Assembly (NCBI RefSeq): GCF_025526975.1
Contig: NW_026515702.1
Span: 62,001 to 126,000 of the forward strand
From: Fimicolochytrium jonesii
Lineage: Eukaryota
DNA: 64,000 bases
Direction: 5' to 3'
Under the pieces are notes generated by a model. That model saw only the letters and a program-made list of their open reading frames with translations. It made no database searches and had not been told where the DNA came from. Below, piece by piece: positions 13,340 through 25,079 of this stretch (positions are counted from its first letter, which is position 1; every line of letters begins with the position of its first letter). The translations under genes were made by a program, and so were the position numbers.

Positions 13340-14944
13340 ATGGCGGACGATGAGTTCGATCTGTACGGCGACGACCATTATGATGCCAGCTCGGTACGTT
13401 AATAATGTTATGTGTCGGCCATCGCAGGGCGAGGATCATCGGAGATCATCCCGGTCCAAAGCAACATGAGTGTTTCAAGCTGAAGGCTTCCCGTTCTCAT
13501 GCACATCCCGTAATAGAACGATTTGCTATACGACGACCTCCTAGCATCCACCAACGTCAAGCGAGAGACAAATGGCGGCGGGATCGGAGATGGTGGCAGG
13601 GATCAGAAAATGGACTTTTTGACGAATGACGAGGATGATGTGCTGAGTTTTGGGATGAACGGTGAGTTTCCGCGCGATGAAGTCCCTTGATACGACCATT
13701 GGACGGAAAACTGAAACCGTGATATATCGTCTCAGCTGAACAGGAGGACGCGCAAGCAGCGGCAGCAGCGGCGGCTGCAAACTCCTCACATAAGCAAGAG
13801 TTTAAAACCGAGCATGGAGATGGAGGTGATGTTCCGACACCAACCGGCGGGAATCTGGACCATGGGCCGAGACGTGACAGTACTGTGTCCATGGGCCCAG
13901 GGAGCGCTGGTATCATAGTTGGGGATTTGACCTGGGTGAGTTGAGTTGCATTGTTCGCAGTATGGAGCATCTCGTACTCATATAGATGGATTCTTTGGAA
14001 AAGTGGACGAGCGACGACGACCTCCGCACCGTCGCAGAAGACGCTGGCGTCGGCGACAAGCTCATCGCGCACGAAACGACCTTCCAGGAACACAAGATCA
14101 ATGGCAAATCGCGAGGATCTGCGTACATGGCGTTCACGACTGAGGAGGCGGCATTGGCGGCCAAGCAGCTGTTGGAGATGATGTACGTGCCGGGCTCCCC
14201 TTTCTCATGTGTTCGTCCCCGCAAACCTGTACGTTTCGTCGAAGTCCGCTGATCCCCTCCACGTTCAACAGCGAAATCCACGGCAAAAAACCCACAGTCC
14301 AACTAGCCGACCCGACGTCCCACCGGCGCAACCCCTTCCGCACTTTCCCCAAAGACCCCAAAAGCACCACCCACCCCAGCACAATGCGCAACAATAACAA
14401 CTCCATCAACGCCACCGCAAACCCGTTACTAGGACCCCAACCCCCGCTCCCCCCACTTCCCGTCGTCGGCGGCGTCGGACCGATGCGCAATAGCGTGATG
14501 CGGACGGGACAGGCTAGGGCTGCGCCGTATACCAAGTCTCGGCCTGGTGAGTCTCGCATCACTCCTATGCCATCACAACCCAACCCTACTTATACGTTTA
14601 TGTGATTCTCTCCCCCAGTAGGAATGCCCCTCAACTTCCCCCCCAATCCCATGGGAAACCCCTCAGGCGGCGGCGGCACCCTCCCAACCCTCCCACCAAA
14701 CGGATTCCCACGGCCACCATTCATTCCTCCGCAAATGGACTGGCAGCAGGAAGACTTCTACGGTGGTGGTGGGCGAGGGGGGCCGATGTATGGTGGTGGT
14801 GGGATGGGTGGGGGAGGTGGACCGGGGGGTATGGGAGGCGTGGGGAGGATGGGGATGGGGATGGGTGGGGGAGGGGGTGGAGGCTACCCGCCACAGCAGC
14901 CGAGGGGGTATCCTCCAGGGCCGGGGGCCCGGGGTTGGCGTTGA
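13340..14944 (+). CDS. CPSF6: Cleavage factor Im 68/59 kDa subunit (CPSF6/7-like RRM protein), multi-exon
   Basis: N-terminus MADDEFDLYGDD; RRM IIVGDLTW|WTSDDDL..FQEHKINGKSRGSAY resembles the CFIm68 RRM (GNLTWWTTD..ENRANGQSKG); Pro/Gly-rich tail. Confidence 0.85.
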
Positions 14945-15486
14945 GTGAAGGAGTTTTGCGCGCCATTGCCGAGAAGCCATTCATTCTCGCGCACTTGCAC
15001 GCTGGAAGGGCATCTCTCTACCGAACGCGCCTACCCACCACCCTCTTGGGTGTGATATACACGTAGACCCTGAGTCAATCCCGACCTCCCCCTTTTTCCC
15101 ACCTTGGTGTATTTGTATTCATGTGTCGTTTGTCTTCTATGTACATATACCTTTTCTCCCCCCTCCACCTCGTACTGGATAGTGTACGTATGTGGGCGGA
15201 AATCATCTGTGCGGAGAAAGGAGTTAGAGTACTTCGATTGTAAACGACGTATATCTAACTCTGGTTGAATGCGTATACACATGGGAGAGGTAGTCTATCT
15301 ACATGGACGGGAATACGCTTTTGACGCTATGAGAAACTGTCGCTGTACACCTTTTGATTTGTGAGAGCGCAAGCTATGGCACTACATGCAAGACGCCGGT
15401 AGGGTCTTGGCCGGGGAGCTGGGGAGGACCCGTCCCTCTCCCACTAACATAGTCCATGATCGTCTCCTCTCCCCCAAATCCACCGC

Positions 15487-16488
15487 TCACACAAGCACCT
15501 GCACAAACTTCCCCGCCGCCCTCGCCGCCTCAGCCACCACCTCCTCCGCGTCCTCATCCTCGCTCTTCACACTCAAAGTCAAAACGCCTCCTCCCCCATA
15601 CCCCTCCAAAGCCTCCGTGAACTCCCTCGCCAGCACGCCCAGATCAATCACGGGCACGTCAAACTCATAGAACAGGAACCTGTTCTCCCGCGGGGCGTGC
15701 CATTCGGGAAACGCGGGCGGATTGTCCCCCCAATTACACTGCAACTCGACAACGGAGGGCGGGAGGGTGCGGATGAATGTGTACAGCGCCGGCACGTCGC
15801 GCGGTTGGAGCAGATACACTTTCGTCAGCGGGGACGTGGCGGGCAGGTACGCCACCGCGTCGGTGTCGGCGCACTGGAGGATGGACAGTTTGGGCAGCGG
15901 GGGGAACGTGATATGCGCGGGAAAGTAGCCGCCGCGGATGGCGAGGACGTCGGTTGTGGGTCCCAATGTGTACAGGATGGTTTGCAGGGCGTAGGCGTTG
16001 AAGCCAACCCATTGGGTGTAGGTTGGGGGCGTGTCGGTGTCTGCGGGGGTGTGGGAGCCCAGATCGATGGAGAGGGTGCGGGAGGGGGCGTTCCATAGGG
16101 AGGACCAGACGAGTTGTTCGGTGTCGTCGTCATGGATGCGGCAGCGGAGGTAGGATAACGTACATGATGTCAATACACTGGCCATGGCCGTCGCGGCCTC
16201 CGTCAAGGGGGAGTTGACACGCCATCGGAGGTGGAACTCGACGTGTTTGACGAGTTTGAGGCGGAAGGGGTCGCATCTGAACGCGGCGTTGAATTGGGCG
16301 GCTTGGGCGGGGTCCCGGAGGATGATTTGGGTGGAGTAGAGCTCGGTGCCCATGAAGGCATGGTAGGCTTGGCAGGCGCGGAGGAGGCGGCCGCGAGTTT
16401 GCTGAGGGCAGCGGCGGAAGATGTGGAGGACGAGCTCGAGGGGGAGGTGGGGGTTGGTTAGTGGGGTCAGTGGGGAGTCGAGAGTCAT
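15487..16488 (-). CDS. F-box-like protein (single exon, 333 aa)
   Basis: N-terminal F-box-like LPLELVLHIFRRC..LLRACQAYH..LY; Leu-rich C-terminal part; intact ORF. Confidence 0.7.
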   Translation of the reverse strand: MTLDSPLTPLTNPHLPLELVLHIFRRCPQQTRGRLLRACQAYHAFMGTELYSTQIILRDPAQAAQFNAAFRCDPFRLKLVKHVEFHLRWRVNSPLTEAATAMASVLTSCTLSYLRCRIHDDDTEQLVWSSLWNAPSRTLSIDLGSHTPADTDTPPTYTQWVGFNAYALQTILYTLGPTTDVLAIRGGYFPAHITFPPLPKLSILQCADTDAVAYLPATSPLTKVYLLQPRDVPALYTFIRTLPPSVVELQCNWGDNPPAFPEWHAPRENRFLFYEFDVPVIDLGVLAREFTEALEGYGGGGVLTLSVKSEDEDAEEVVAEAARAAGKFVQVLV

Positions 16489-17075
16489 CTGGAGAGTGCA
16501 GGGGAGGTAGGAGAGGTGGGGAGATGTGGGAGGATGATATGTACTGGACTCTACTGTACAGCGGACGCTGTGGGGAGAGACAGAAAAAAAGGTGAGTGTC
16601 GAAGCGGAGGAAAACTGCTATGCCTTCACCTCGAGCCGGGCGAACAGTAGGCCGGGGGGCAGACGGTGGAAGGCAACCCTGCGTACCTAATGATAATGCG
16701 CCGTATCGTTCGACAAGTGTCCCAATCATATCCGGGGCGTTTTCTCGGCGACCCTCTCCTTCTCGGGGCGTTCGCCGTTGAGTTGAGTTGGGTTGAGTAA
16801 CTTGAGTTGGGATGAGATCTCGCGCAACAAGTAACCGCGTACAAGGTCTCGCGTACAACCGCGTACAACTGTCACATTCCAACAAGAAACTTCGATCATT
16901 CAGAGAATCAGAGGAGAGTACTAGCACATTCACATCAGAGGAGAGAACTGGCTTCAGGTGATGCGCTTCAAACCAGATTATCCTTCCGCATTGGTATGTA
17001 CACCTCCGGAGCCTTTCTGCTCCGTCCAGAAGAACCCGTACGTATGTACGTGTATATAGACCTATGTAGCACTCC

Positions 17076-18691
17076 CTATCCTCCATATCTATACCGACGC
17101 GGTAAGCCGTTTTCGGGAAACACGTTCACGATGTTCTGAAGGGTGATCACTAGATACGGGGCACGGACTCGTGGATGTGTGATGACGGTCGCCTATACGA
17201 GATCAAGTGAGAAACAAGGTAGAAGACAGCGACAAGAACACAACAACCCCGCAAAAGTACTCACATCCCGAATCTCCAAAACATCGCCAACACCCACACC
17301 CATCTTCACCACCGCTTTCTCGTCATCTTCTCCGTCAGCGGCTCGCATCCTCGTCTTCATCACCCCTGCATGCATCGCAGCGTCGACGACCACGCCTTTT
17401 CCGTCTTGCAGCTGCACGGCGATGTCGACGTCGGTTATGCGTAGGGATGTGAGGGTTGCGATGAGGTGGGGGATTCGGGAGGGTGGGGATGTGGTTGTGG
17501 CGCGGTGTGCGGTGAATGAGGGTGGGAGATGAGGTATGGCGGTTGGAATGTGGGCTGTAGGACATGTTAGATTGGGGTTTTGAATATGTGAGCATGTGCG
17601 CGGAGACGGACCTGCCATGTTCGTCCACGCGATTGAGGATGTTATGTAAGGGTGTACTTGTCGGGCAGCGGCGGATTCAAATGCAGCATCTTGATTTCTG
17701 TGGGGATTGTCGGTGGGTAGACCGTCGAGATGAATTTTTGTCGTGCGCGGTACAGGTTTCGGCATCAACACGGATGTGCTGCCTTGCATGAGCGCTGCGG
17801 CTTCTGCCGGTGACTGTGAAGCGGAAGACGGCCTTAGTAGACCACTCCTCATTGAACGCGAGTGTACGACGGCCTTTTATCGAATACACTCACCAACCGC
17901 TCCAACGCACCCGCAGGCCCAGGCACCGCTCTCGACCATCCTCGGCCCTCTGCCATCTCTTCATCGTCCCACTCCCGGCCACCAATCCCAAATCCATGGC
18001 GGTGGGAACCACTCGCAGTCTGCACAATCCCAACTCCATGCATCAGAATATCCCTCCCAAACTCATGCCGGCCGTCACCACGGCCCCAGGGCACATCCCC
18101 TCCTCCGTACACCAGAGCATCATACCCCAACTCAATCGCACCCGGAGGCGAAAACGAGAACAAATCCTCATCGACAAACTCAAACTCGGCCTCCTGCAAT
18201 TTGTGTGTCGTGGGTTGACCGTGCGCGACTGTTTCGGATGTAGTAACACCATCGGAGTTGCATGCATAAGGAAAATGGCTTTGCACGCCTGCCAACGAAA
18301 CCTCTCTATCTACATGCAAAGTGTCCGGTACGTCCAAACCGCCGTACACTGCCCGGGTCCATTCCGCGCTCATATGTTTTTTCGCGGGTGCGAGCACAGC
18401 AGCACCGCCAAAGGCCGCCGTGTCCCGTTTTCCCAGCAGCTTTCTAGGCGCTGTTTGCTGAGCCGCCGTTGTTGAGGGCTCAGCGGTTGATCCATGCTCG
18501 TTTGCGATCGTTGGGCTTTGCTGGCGGCCGTCTGGCTGCGGGTTCACCTGGTGCGGGACGGTTGGCTTTACAGTGACTGGGTGGGTACGTGCGAGAGAGT
18601 TGGCTACACTAACGGAAGAGTGTAATTCAAAGTCCAGGAGTTTGTCGGTGCCTTCGTCGGCGTCCCATGTGAAGCCGTCGTCTGCGTCCAT
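17076..18691 (-). CDS. HROB: Homologous recombination OB-fold protein (HROB/MCM8IP, DUF4539 domain), multi-exon
   Basis: C-terminal RIPHLIATLTSLRITDVDIAVQLQDGKG..AAMH..GVGDVLEIRD|..PYLVITLQNIVNVFP follows the DUF4539 pattern; long disordered N-terminus. Internal exon boundaries and start codon are approximate. Confidence 0.72.
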
Positions 18692-19231
18692 GCTGAGAAT
18701 GGAAACACAGGGTAGTGGTAATCTAGTGCGAGAGCACGGATGAAGGAATGGGAGACTGTGGTTGCAGGGCGAAAAGATTACTGGCGAGGATGGGGAAGAA
18801 CATACAAGAGCACAGCAACCGCCAGCACAGCGAAGAAGACTGACAGGAAATCGACAGCGCGTCCGACTGCATCCCGCTCCCTCAAGTGCATCCAAAAGTG
18901 CGTCCAAACGCCCGGGTGGGATCGACGCGACCCGTGATGGTTTCTGTGGGAGGTGAACACCTTGCCATTCAAGTTCGTCGGAGTCTTGGCCCATGCTTTC
19001 AGCAGACTTCAGCACACTCTGCTCGTGGGGAAGCAAAGATGCCAAGAAGACCCAGTTCTTCCCCACTCTTCCCCACAGCGGGGCGGGGGCCGTGGACGTG
19101 GCGAGTGTGGCCTTCTTGATGCCAGAGGGACGCTATAAAGGAAGGCCCGCAGACTTCACGGACGGAAGGAAGGATACTACACCACATACATACAATCCAC
19201 ACTCAAGCACCCAACGGGGAAACAGCCAGCC

Positions 19232-20781
19232 ATGACCCAAGACGCCGCCTTCTTCTCGGCCGTCCTCACCAAGCCTCTCAGCGCAATCCCCTACACAGCC
19301 CACACCCTTCTCACGCAACTCACCGGCGGCAAGCGGCACATCATCCAAGGCGCCGACAAGCTCTTTGACATCCAACTATTTGCGTCCCTCAACCGCTGCA
19401 CTCTCACCCCGCACCCCAACATCCACAACCAATCCTCCTTCTCATGGGAGCCGCGCACCACCGACGATTCCGACGTGCGCGCCCTCCGCGCACGCGCGTT
19501 TGGCCATGGCGGGATCGACTCCATCGATGTAGCCACGGGCAATGCGGCCGAAACGCTCAAGGAGACCATCCTTGCGGGGTGGTACGATGTGCAGTGGGAG
19601 GGGAATGAGGTGGAGGTGGTGGTGATGCGGGTGCCGAAGGAATATTGCGAGATGCTGATATATTTTGTGGCGGCGGAGACAAAGAAGATTGGGGAGCGGT
19701 TTGTGGTTGCAGTCGAGAGCGCGGCGGCGGAGTTGGGGGAGCGGGTGTGGGTATTTGAGAAGGGGTTTTGGGAGGCTAGTTCTGGTGAGTGTGCCGAGCG
19801 GGATCGAGCGCGATCTGGGCGATGACCGTTTACTGACGTATCCTTCCTAAACAGCACTGTACAAGGCTGTCAAGGGCGTTACTTTCGATACCCTCATTTC
19901 GACTGAGAACAAAGCTAGAGCCATCAAAGAGGATCTTGAACGATTCTTTGACTCGCGGGAGCTATATCTCGAATACGGGCTGCCCTGGAAACGCGGCTTC
20001 CTTCTCTCTGGGCCACCTGGCAATGGGTAAGCTGAAGCCGCTCCGCCATCGGGCATCGAAGAATCGAACATCCCTAACCCGCCCACTCCCTCCCAATCAC
20101 AGAAAAACCCACATCATCAAATCCCTCATCAACCACTTCACCTCGACGCACCCCACCATCTCCATTCTCTACGTCAAATCCTTCAAAGCCGAGCGCCTCC
20201 CAGACGAATACGCCATCTCCGCCGTCTTCAAGCGCGCCCGCAGCAACCCGTGCCTGCTCATCCTCGAAGACCTCGACACCCTCATCACCGACGCCAACCG
20301 CGCGTTCTTCCTGAACGAGATGGATGGCTTGAACACTAATGCGGGCGTGGTTGTGCTCGCTACTACGAATTACCCGGAACGTCTGGACCCGGCGATTAGG
20401 GACCGCCCGAGTCGGTTTGACCGGAGGTATGAGTTTGGGCTGCCCACCGCGGGAGAGAGGGAGATGTATGTGCAAATGTGGGGACGGACAAAGGCAAAGA
20501 AGGGCGTCTGTATCACCGATGAACTGGCGAGGGAGATTGCGGCGGACGACGTCACGGGTGGGTTTTCGTTTGCGTACTTGAAGGAGTTGTTGGTGTCGTC
20601 TGTTATGCGCTGGGTGCAGGGACAGGTTCAGGACGGTGGTCATGGTGGGAAGGACTTTGGGACTGTTTTGAGGGATGAGGCAGCGGTTCTGAAGACGTAT
20701 ATTAGGGAGATGCAGGCTAAGAAGGAGACGGGGAAGGGTGAGAAGGAGGATGGGAAAGTGAATGGGGTAGTGCATAAGTAG
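19232..20781 (+). CDS. AAA+ ATPase (single AAA domain)
   Basis: Exons 19232-19784, 19855-20026, 20103-20781. Walker A GPPGNG|KT is split by an intron; Walker B LLILEDLD; SRH TTNYPERLDPAIRDRPSRFD. Confidence 0.92.
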
Positions 20782-21563
20782 AACTTTGCGATTATATGTA
20801 GGTATGTATGCAACGTTGGTTGTCCTTTGATCATCAGTATACTATATTCAGCGTAAGAATGAGCAGCAAGTTATCCTTGTGCGGCAGAGCGACCGGAGTT
20901 TTGGCAGCGGCATTTGCGGCGGCAGGAGCTTGGATCACAACTCCTCCCATGATGCAATTGTCTGGCGAGGCCTTTCCCGAAGGAATCAGTGGAAAGTTCT
21001 AGGTAGTGGCCAAGTTTACACTCAACAAAAGTCTTACTGTCCACAAGCTCGTCCACATTGAAATAGACTTGACCCTCTTGCTTGAGCGGCAAAAGATTCG
21101 TCAAAATAGAAGGGATATGATGATCCTAAAATGCCGTCCGATCTTGTTTTCTGAGAATGTGCCCCATTTGGTCGAGGTCAAAGATGATCTGGTTCAGGCG
21201 AACTTCCCCTTACTCCACACCATGGCCGCCAATCACCAATTCCTCTCCGTCAATTTCACGACTGATCTCGTGAAATCTGTCAGTGTCGCTGATGCAAACC
21301 ACTACTGACCTTCAAAATGGACATGCGAGCTCTGGAGAGGAAGGTGGACCGCGGCTTTGCCACTGTGAACACCCAACTCGCCGCTATGAACGTCACTCCT
21401 GCCATGGTGATGCAGCAACTGGCGGCCTTGGCGCCGACTGCCGCACTGCCTGCTGCACCGCCCGCTCCCGTCGCCTCGTCTTTTAGTCGTCGCCTTTTAG
21501 TCGAGATCAGATTGAGGCCCAGCCGGCAACTCCTTTTGGGTGTCCCAAAAAGGGGAGGACAGC

Positions 21564-21709
21564 CAATCCATATGTACAGTGCGCTGGGTTATGGGTTTGA
21601 TGGTGGCGGTGTCCGTTGTTATCAGCTGGCCTGGCCGGCCTTGGGTGCGTACGTCAATTCATATGTGCAGGGCGCTGGGATATGCGTTTGACAAGTGCGG
21701 TGTCCGTCG
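21564..21709. repeat. Imperfect 55-bp direct repeat (2 copies, 91-bp period)
   Basis: 21564-21618 vs 21655-21709, about 44/55 identical by eye. Confidence 0.8.
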
Positions 21710-22720
21710 GGTGCGGGATCTGGTCCGTTCTGGACCAAGATTTTCTGACGGTTTACATCGCGAAGCGTGAATGTAGGGCCGGGATCCAGAACGTACTCAA
21801 GACTGCCGTCCGTCATCAGCTCGGGATAGATTCTGCTAAAGGGGCAGAAGTTGGGGTCGGAGAGGGCGACGTGGATGACCACCGCCTTCAGATCATCGGC
21901 GGTGATCCAGGCAGTGGTAGACAAAATTCGGTTCAGCTCGAAGATGGCTCCTGCGCCGCCGACCACGGTGTCCTTGTGCGCCCCGGCGTAGCCGTGCGGC
22001 TGATACTCAGCCACCATCGCTGTACAGTACTTCCGATCTTGAAGCATTACAAAAGCACCATCTGAGCGGCTAGAGCCCCCCCAAGCATCCTCACAGAACC
22101 GGTGCGGCAGCTCCCGCTGGTAGACCAACGATGGAGCTCTCCCACTCTCAGTTGCGGACACCCAAAGCAGTTCCTCCCACAAGAGCTTGCTGTTTGATTC
22201 CTGGCGGTCGAGGACACTCTGGCAGAGTTCCTCTCCACCACGCCTACCAACTTTCCGATTGTTCTGTCGCTGATGGATGGTGTTGGCTGCAGCCAAAAGA
22301 GTTTCCAGAAAATGTTGCGTTGGGGCAAAATATCAATGGCTCCGCTGGCACGGGATTGGATCAAGGGGTGCTCTTTGATGGCGCTTGCCGAGACTGAGAT
22401 ATGGCCAAGTTGATGGACTTGGGCTTTGCTACGCAAGCCACTGGCGGCGTGGGAGACCACCTGGGCGCGTTGGGCATCCTGGATGGCCGCGTTGACGAGC
22501 TGGTCTAACCTCGTAATCTTGGCAGCGGTATTCACGATCATTGCCCGTACATTTGCCGATATATCCAGCCTACTTGGGCGTCCGACACATCCATCGTCTC
22601 AAACATAGCCCTCCAGCTGTCGATTTCCGGTGGAGACGGGCCGCATGATAGCTCCTTGCTCGCATCCGTGTCGGCGGTCAAATCTTCAAACGAGCTGCGC
22701 CCGCTAGTCCTTCCACCTCT
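21622..22720 (-). pseudogene. Frameshifted coding remnant with PD-(D/E)xK-like (restriction endonuclease fold, Crinkler-like) motifs
   Basis: Overlapping minus-strand ORF fragments (22541-22047, 22296-21622); motif SRSDGAFVML..AMVAEYQ..HKD. Confidence 0.4.
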
Positions 22721-22743
22721 TCAATCAAGCATATTCTTCCGAG

Positions 22744-22838
22744 CTCTGCAATCGTCGCTACTGGGTGCTCTCCACGCCTTCAACATTTGGACCATCATAA
22801 GAAGCCTCGGAGAGCACCCAGTAGCGAAGATTGCAGAG
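22744..22838. repeat. 30-bp near-perfect inverted repeat with 35-nt spacer
   Basis: ctctgcaatcgtcgctactgggtgctctcc (22744-22773) vs ggagagcacccagtagcgaagattgcagag (22809-22838); 29/30 complementary. Confidence 0.95.
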
Positions 22839-23762
22839 AGCGCTACGGCGTCTGAAGGAGGGGGTGGTGCGGGCCGCGCCGGCGGTCGAGGTCTGCGCCG
22901 ACGGAGATGCGTTCTTTTGTCATCCCTCCTAAAGGTATCACAGGAGGGGTTAGTATATCGAAGTAGTGAAAGGTCGTGGAGGGAGGTGGGGAGATCTGTA
23001 TGTTACGTACCAGATTCCCGCCAAGGGACCGAGTCCTTTGCCTTTCCAGAACTGCTGCCGAACTGGCAGGATAAAGTGCGAGTGGGTTGGCGAAAGGATA
23101 GTGCAGGTACCAAACTGCTAGGACGCTGGGAACTAGAGTGCGAGTGGCCGAAAAGAGGACGGTGCAAGTGGTGAAGGATAAACCCAGATTCTTTTCGCCA
23201 TCTGGGATGTCGCTCTCAATAAAATTTGGGTAATGATTTTTCGGATGTTGGCGAGTTGGGAAACCTTGCAGAAACGCCTTCGGTGCTTCCCCACAAACGT
23301 GTCCGATTCGAGACGCGCTGTCGATTTCCTGTCGTTTCGAAAGAGAAATGCCGCTGATTCGACAGCGCGAATTGAAACCTCGGCAAGCGGACTGCAAAGA
23401 ACTTTCTTTCGGGGGAATGGAGTCTGAGCAAGGTTTCTAGACTCTCCTGTCTCTGATAAATCTTTCTGACGAGCAACACAAACCGACATACACCATTGCG
23501 CCGCTCTTTCGTTCTTGCCAAGCAGGGGGAACCTTCAACTGGAAGCTCAACCCGTCGTCCACATATCCGTCGTCCCCCTCTGGCCCCCTTTCGGCTTCGC
23601 TACAACGCTTTTCAGCGGTTCTTTCGAGTCTCGGTATGAGTTGGTTTGCTCGCTGGTATGCCAGTGCGCGCACTTCATCCGATCATTCACACACTTCCCC
23701 TTCTCATTCAACCCACTCTTCGCAGCAGCCAATACATCACCGCCGGCAAAGCGTCTCCCGTC

Positions 23763-24669
23763 ATGTTGCAGGGCGCGGACAGAAGCGATGACATGCAGTG
23801 GAGCGAGAGGAGCGGCGAATCTCCTCAACGTCGTGAAGAGGCCGGCGAAGCTTTCCTTCTTAACAAGATGGATATTTCAGCGCTGTTGCAGCGCGTTAAA
23901 CGCTATAAGCCGCTACCGCGCACTGAAAACCACAACTTGAACTGGGAGGATGTGTGCAAGGATTATCGCAAATTTTTGGTACTCAAGCTTCTCCACCATG
24001 ATACCGATGCATTGCTCTTCATGCCACCTGAGCACGTGGGGTTCGTTTGGGATTCGCACATTGCCGACACCAAAGCATACAAGGTAGAGATGGGCAGGGT
24101 TCCCTTAACGGTTCTATTAGCTCATCAATCCTCCATTATAGATCGCCATGGATACCATTGGCATCTTCTTCAACCACAATCCTGATTGCGTAGAAGAATC
24201 GGACGAGTACCAAACACGCTACAAGACAGCGGTCTGGGCTTACGAGAATCACTTCAACTGCAAACCTCCTGCCACCATCTGGCCGCAGCCGCGCACAACA
24301 ACGACCACCACCTCGTTGGCAGCTTCCCAGAATCGAGATCAGTCCAGCCCCGCGGCGCGCCACGGGAACAAGAGCGGCTCTGGATTCGTCCTCAGCTCGA
24401 ACGATCGCACAGAAGGACCGGTGATGATTCTCATCGATACGGCAACTAAAGCTCTGGCCATCCAAGTGTCCGTGCGAGAGCATCTCAGCGATGTAAAACG
24501 CCGTGTGCAGGATGTCACGGGAATCCCGGTGAGCGTACAGTACTTTATCTACAAAAACAACCTCTTGCATGCGGATCAAACGCTCGAGGAAGTTGACATT
24601 CTAATTGGAAGCACTTTCCATTTGTTGACGAGGCTGCATAAAGAACGACTTCAGGTTCGTTGCTCTTAG
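23763..24669 (+). CDS. GRDP/DUF1399-like domain fused to a C-terminal ubiquitin-like domain
   Basis: Exons 23763-24083 and 24142-24669. GRDP-like: DYRKFLVLK..P..VWDSHIADT..HNP..YENHF..PPATIWP. UBL: HLSDVKRRVQDVTGIPVSVQYFIYKNNLLHADQTLEEVDILIGSTFHL. Start codon is uncertain and a small extra 3' exon is possible. Confidence 0.75.
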
Positions 24670-25079
24670 TTTTGCGCGCCCATCTCCCCGCTTCTGATGG
24701 ACTCGATAGCCCTTTTCAAATAAGGTGGAGGGGTTGACAAAGTCATTTTTCGACCTCAAGATCTAGCACACGGTTCGGGCATGTTTTCAGCAGAGTTCTT
24801 ATCAGCCCTACACTTGTAGTCAGTCCTCTTAGAAAAACATGAAAACGGGCCCGCTTGTAGTTATAGTTATCCCAAGTTAGCGTCCCCTTCCAGCAATGAA
24901 TCCCCGGCGTGGGGAGTCTTGTAGCGGCGTGCGCATATCACCCCTATCTTTTTTCTTTTTGCATTACTCCGCGTATATGTAGCTAGCCGCTTCTGCAAAA
25001 AAACATTCTGCGCGGCATGAATGAAAAGGATTCGCAGCGAACCCATCTCTTGCCCTGTGGTTGCCTCACTGTTGCGTCA

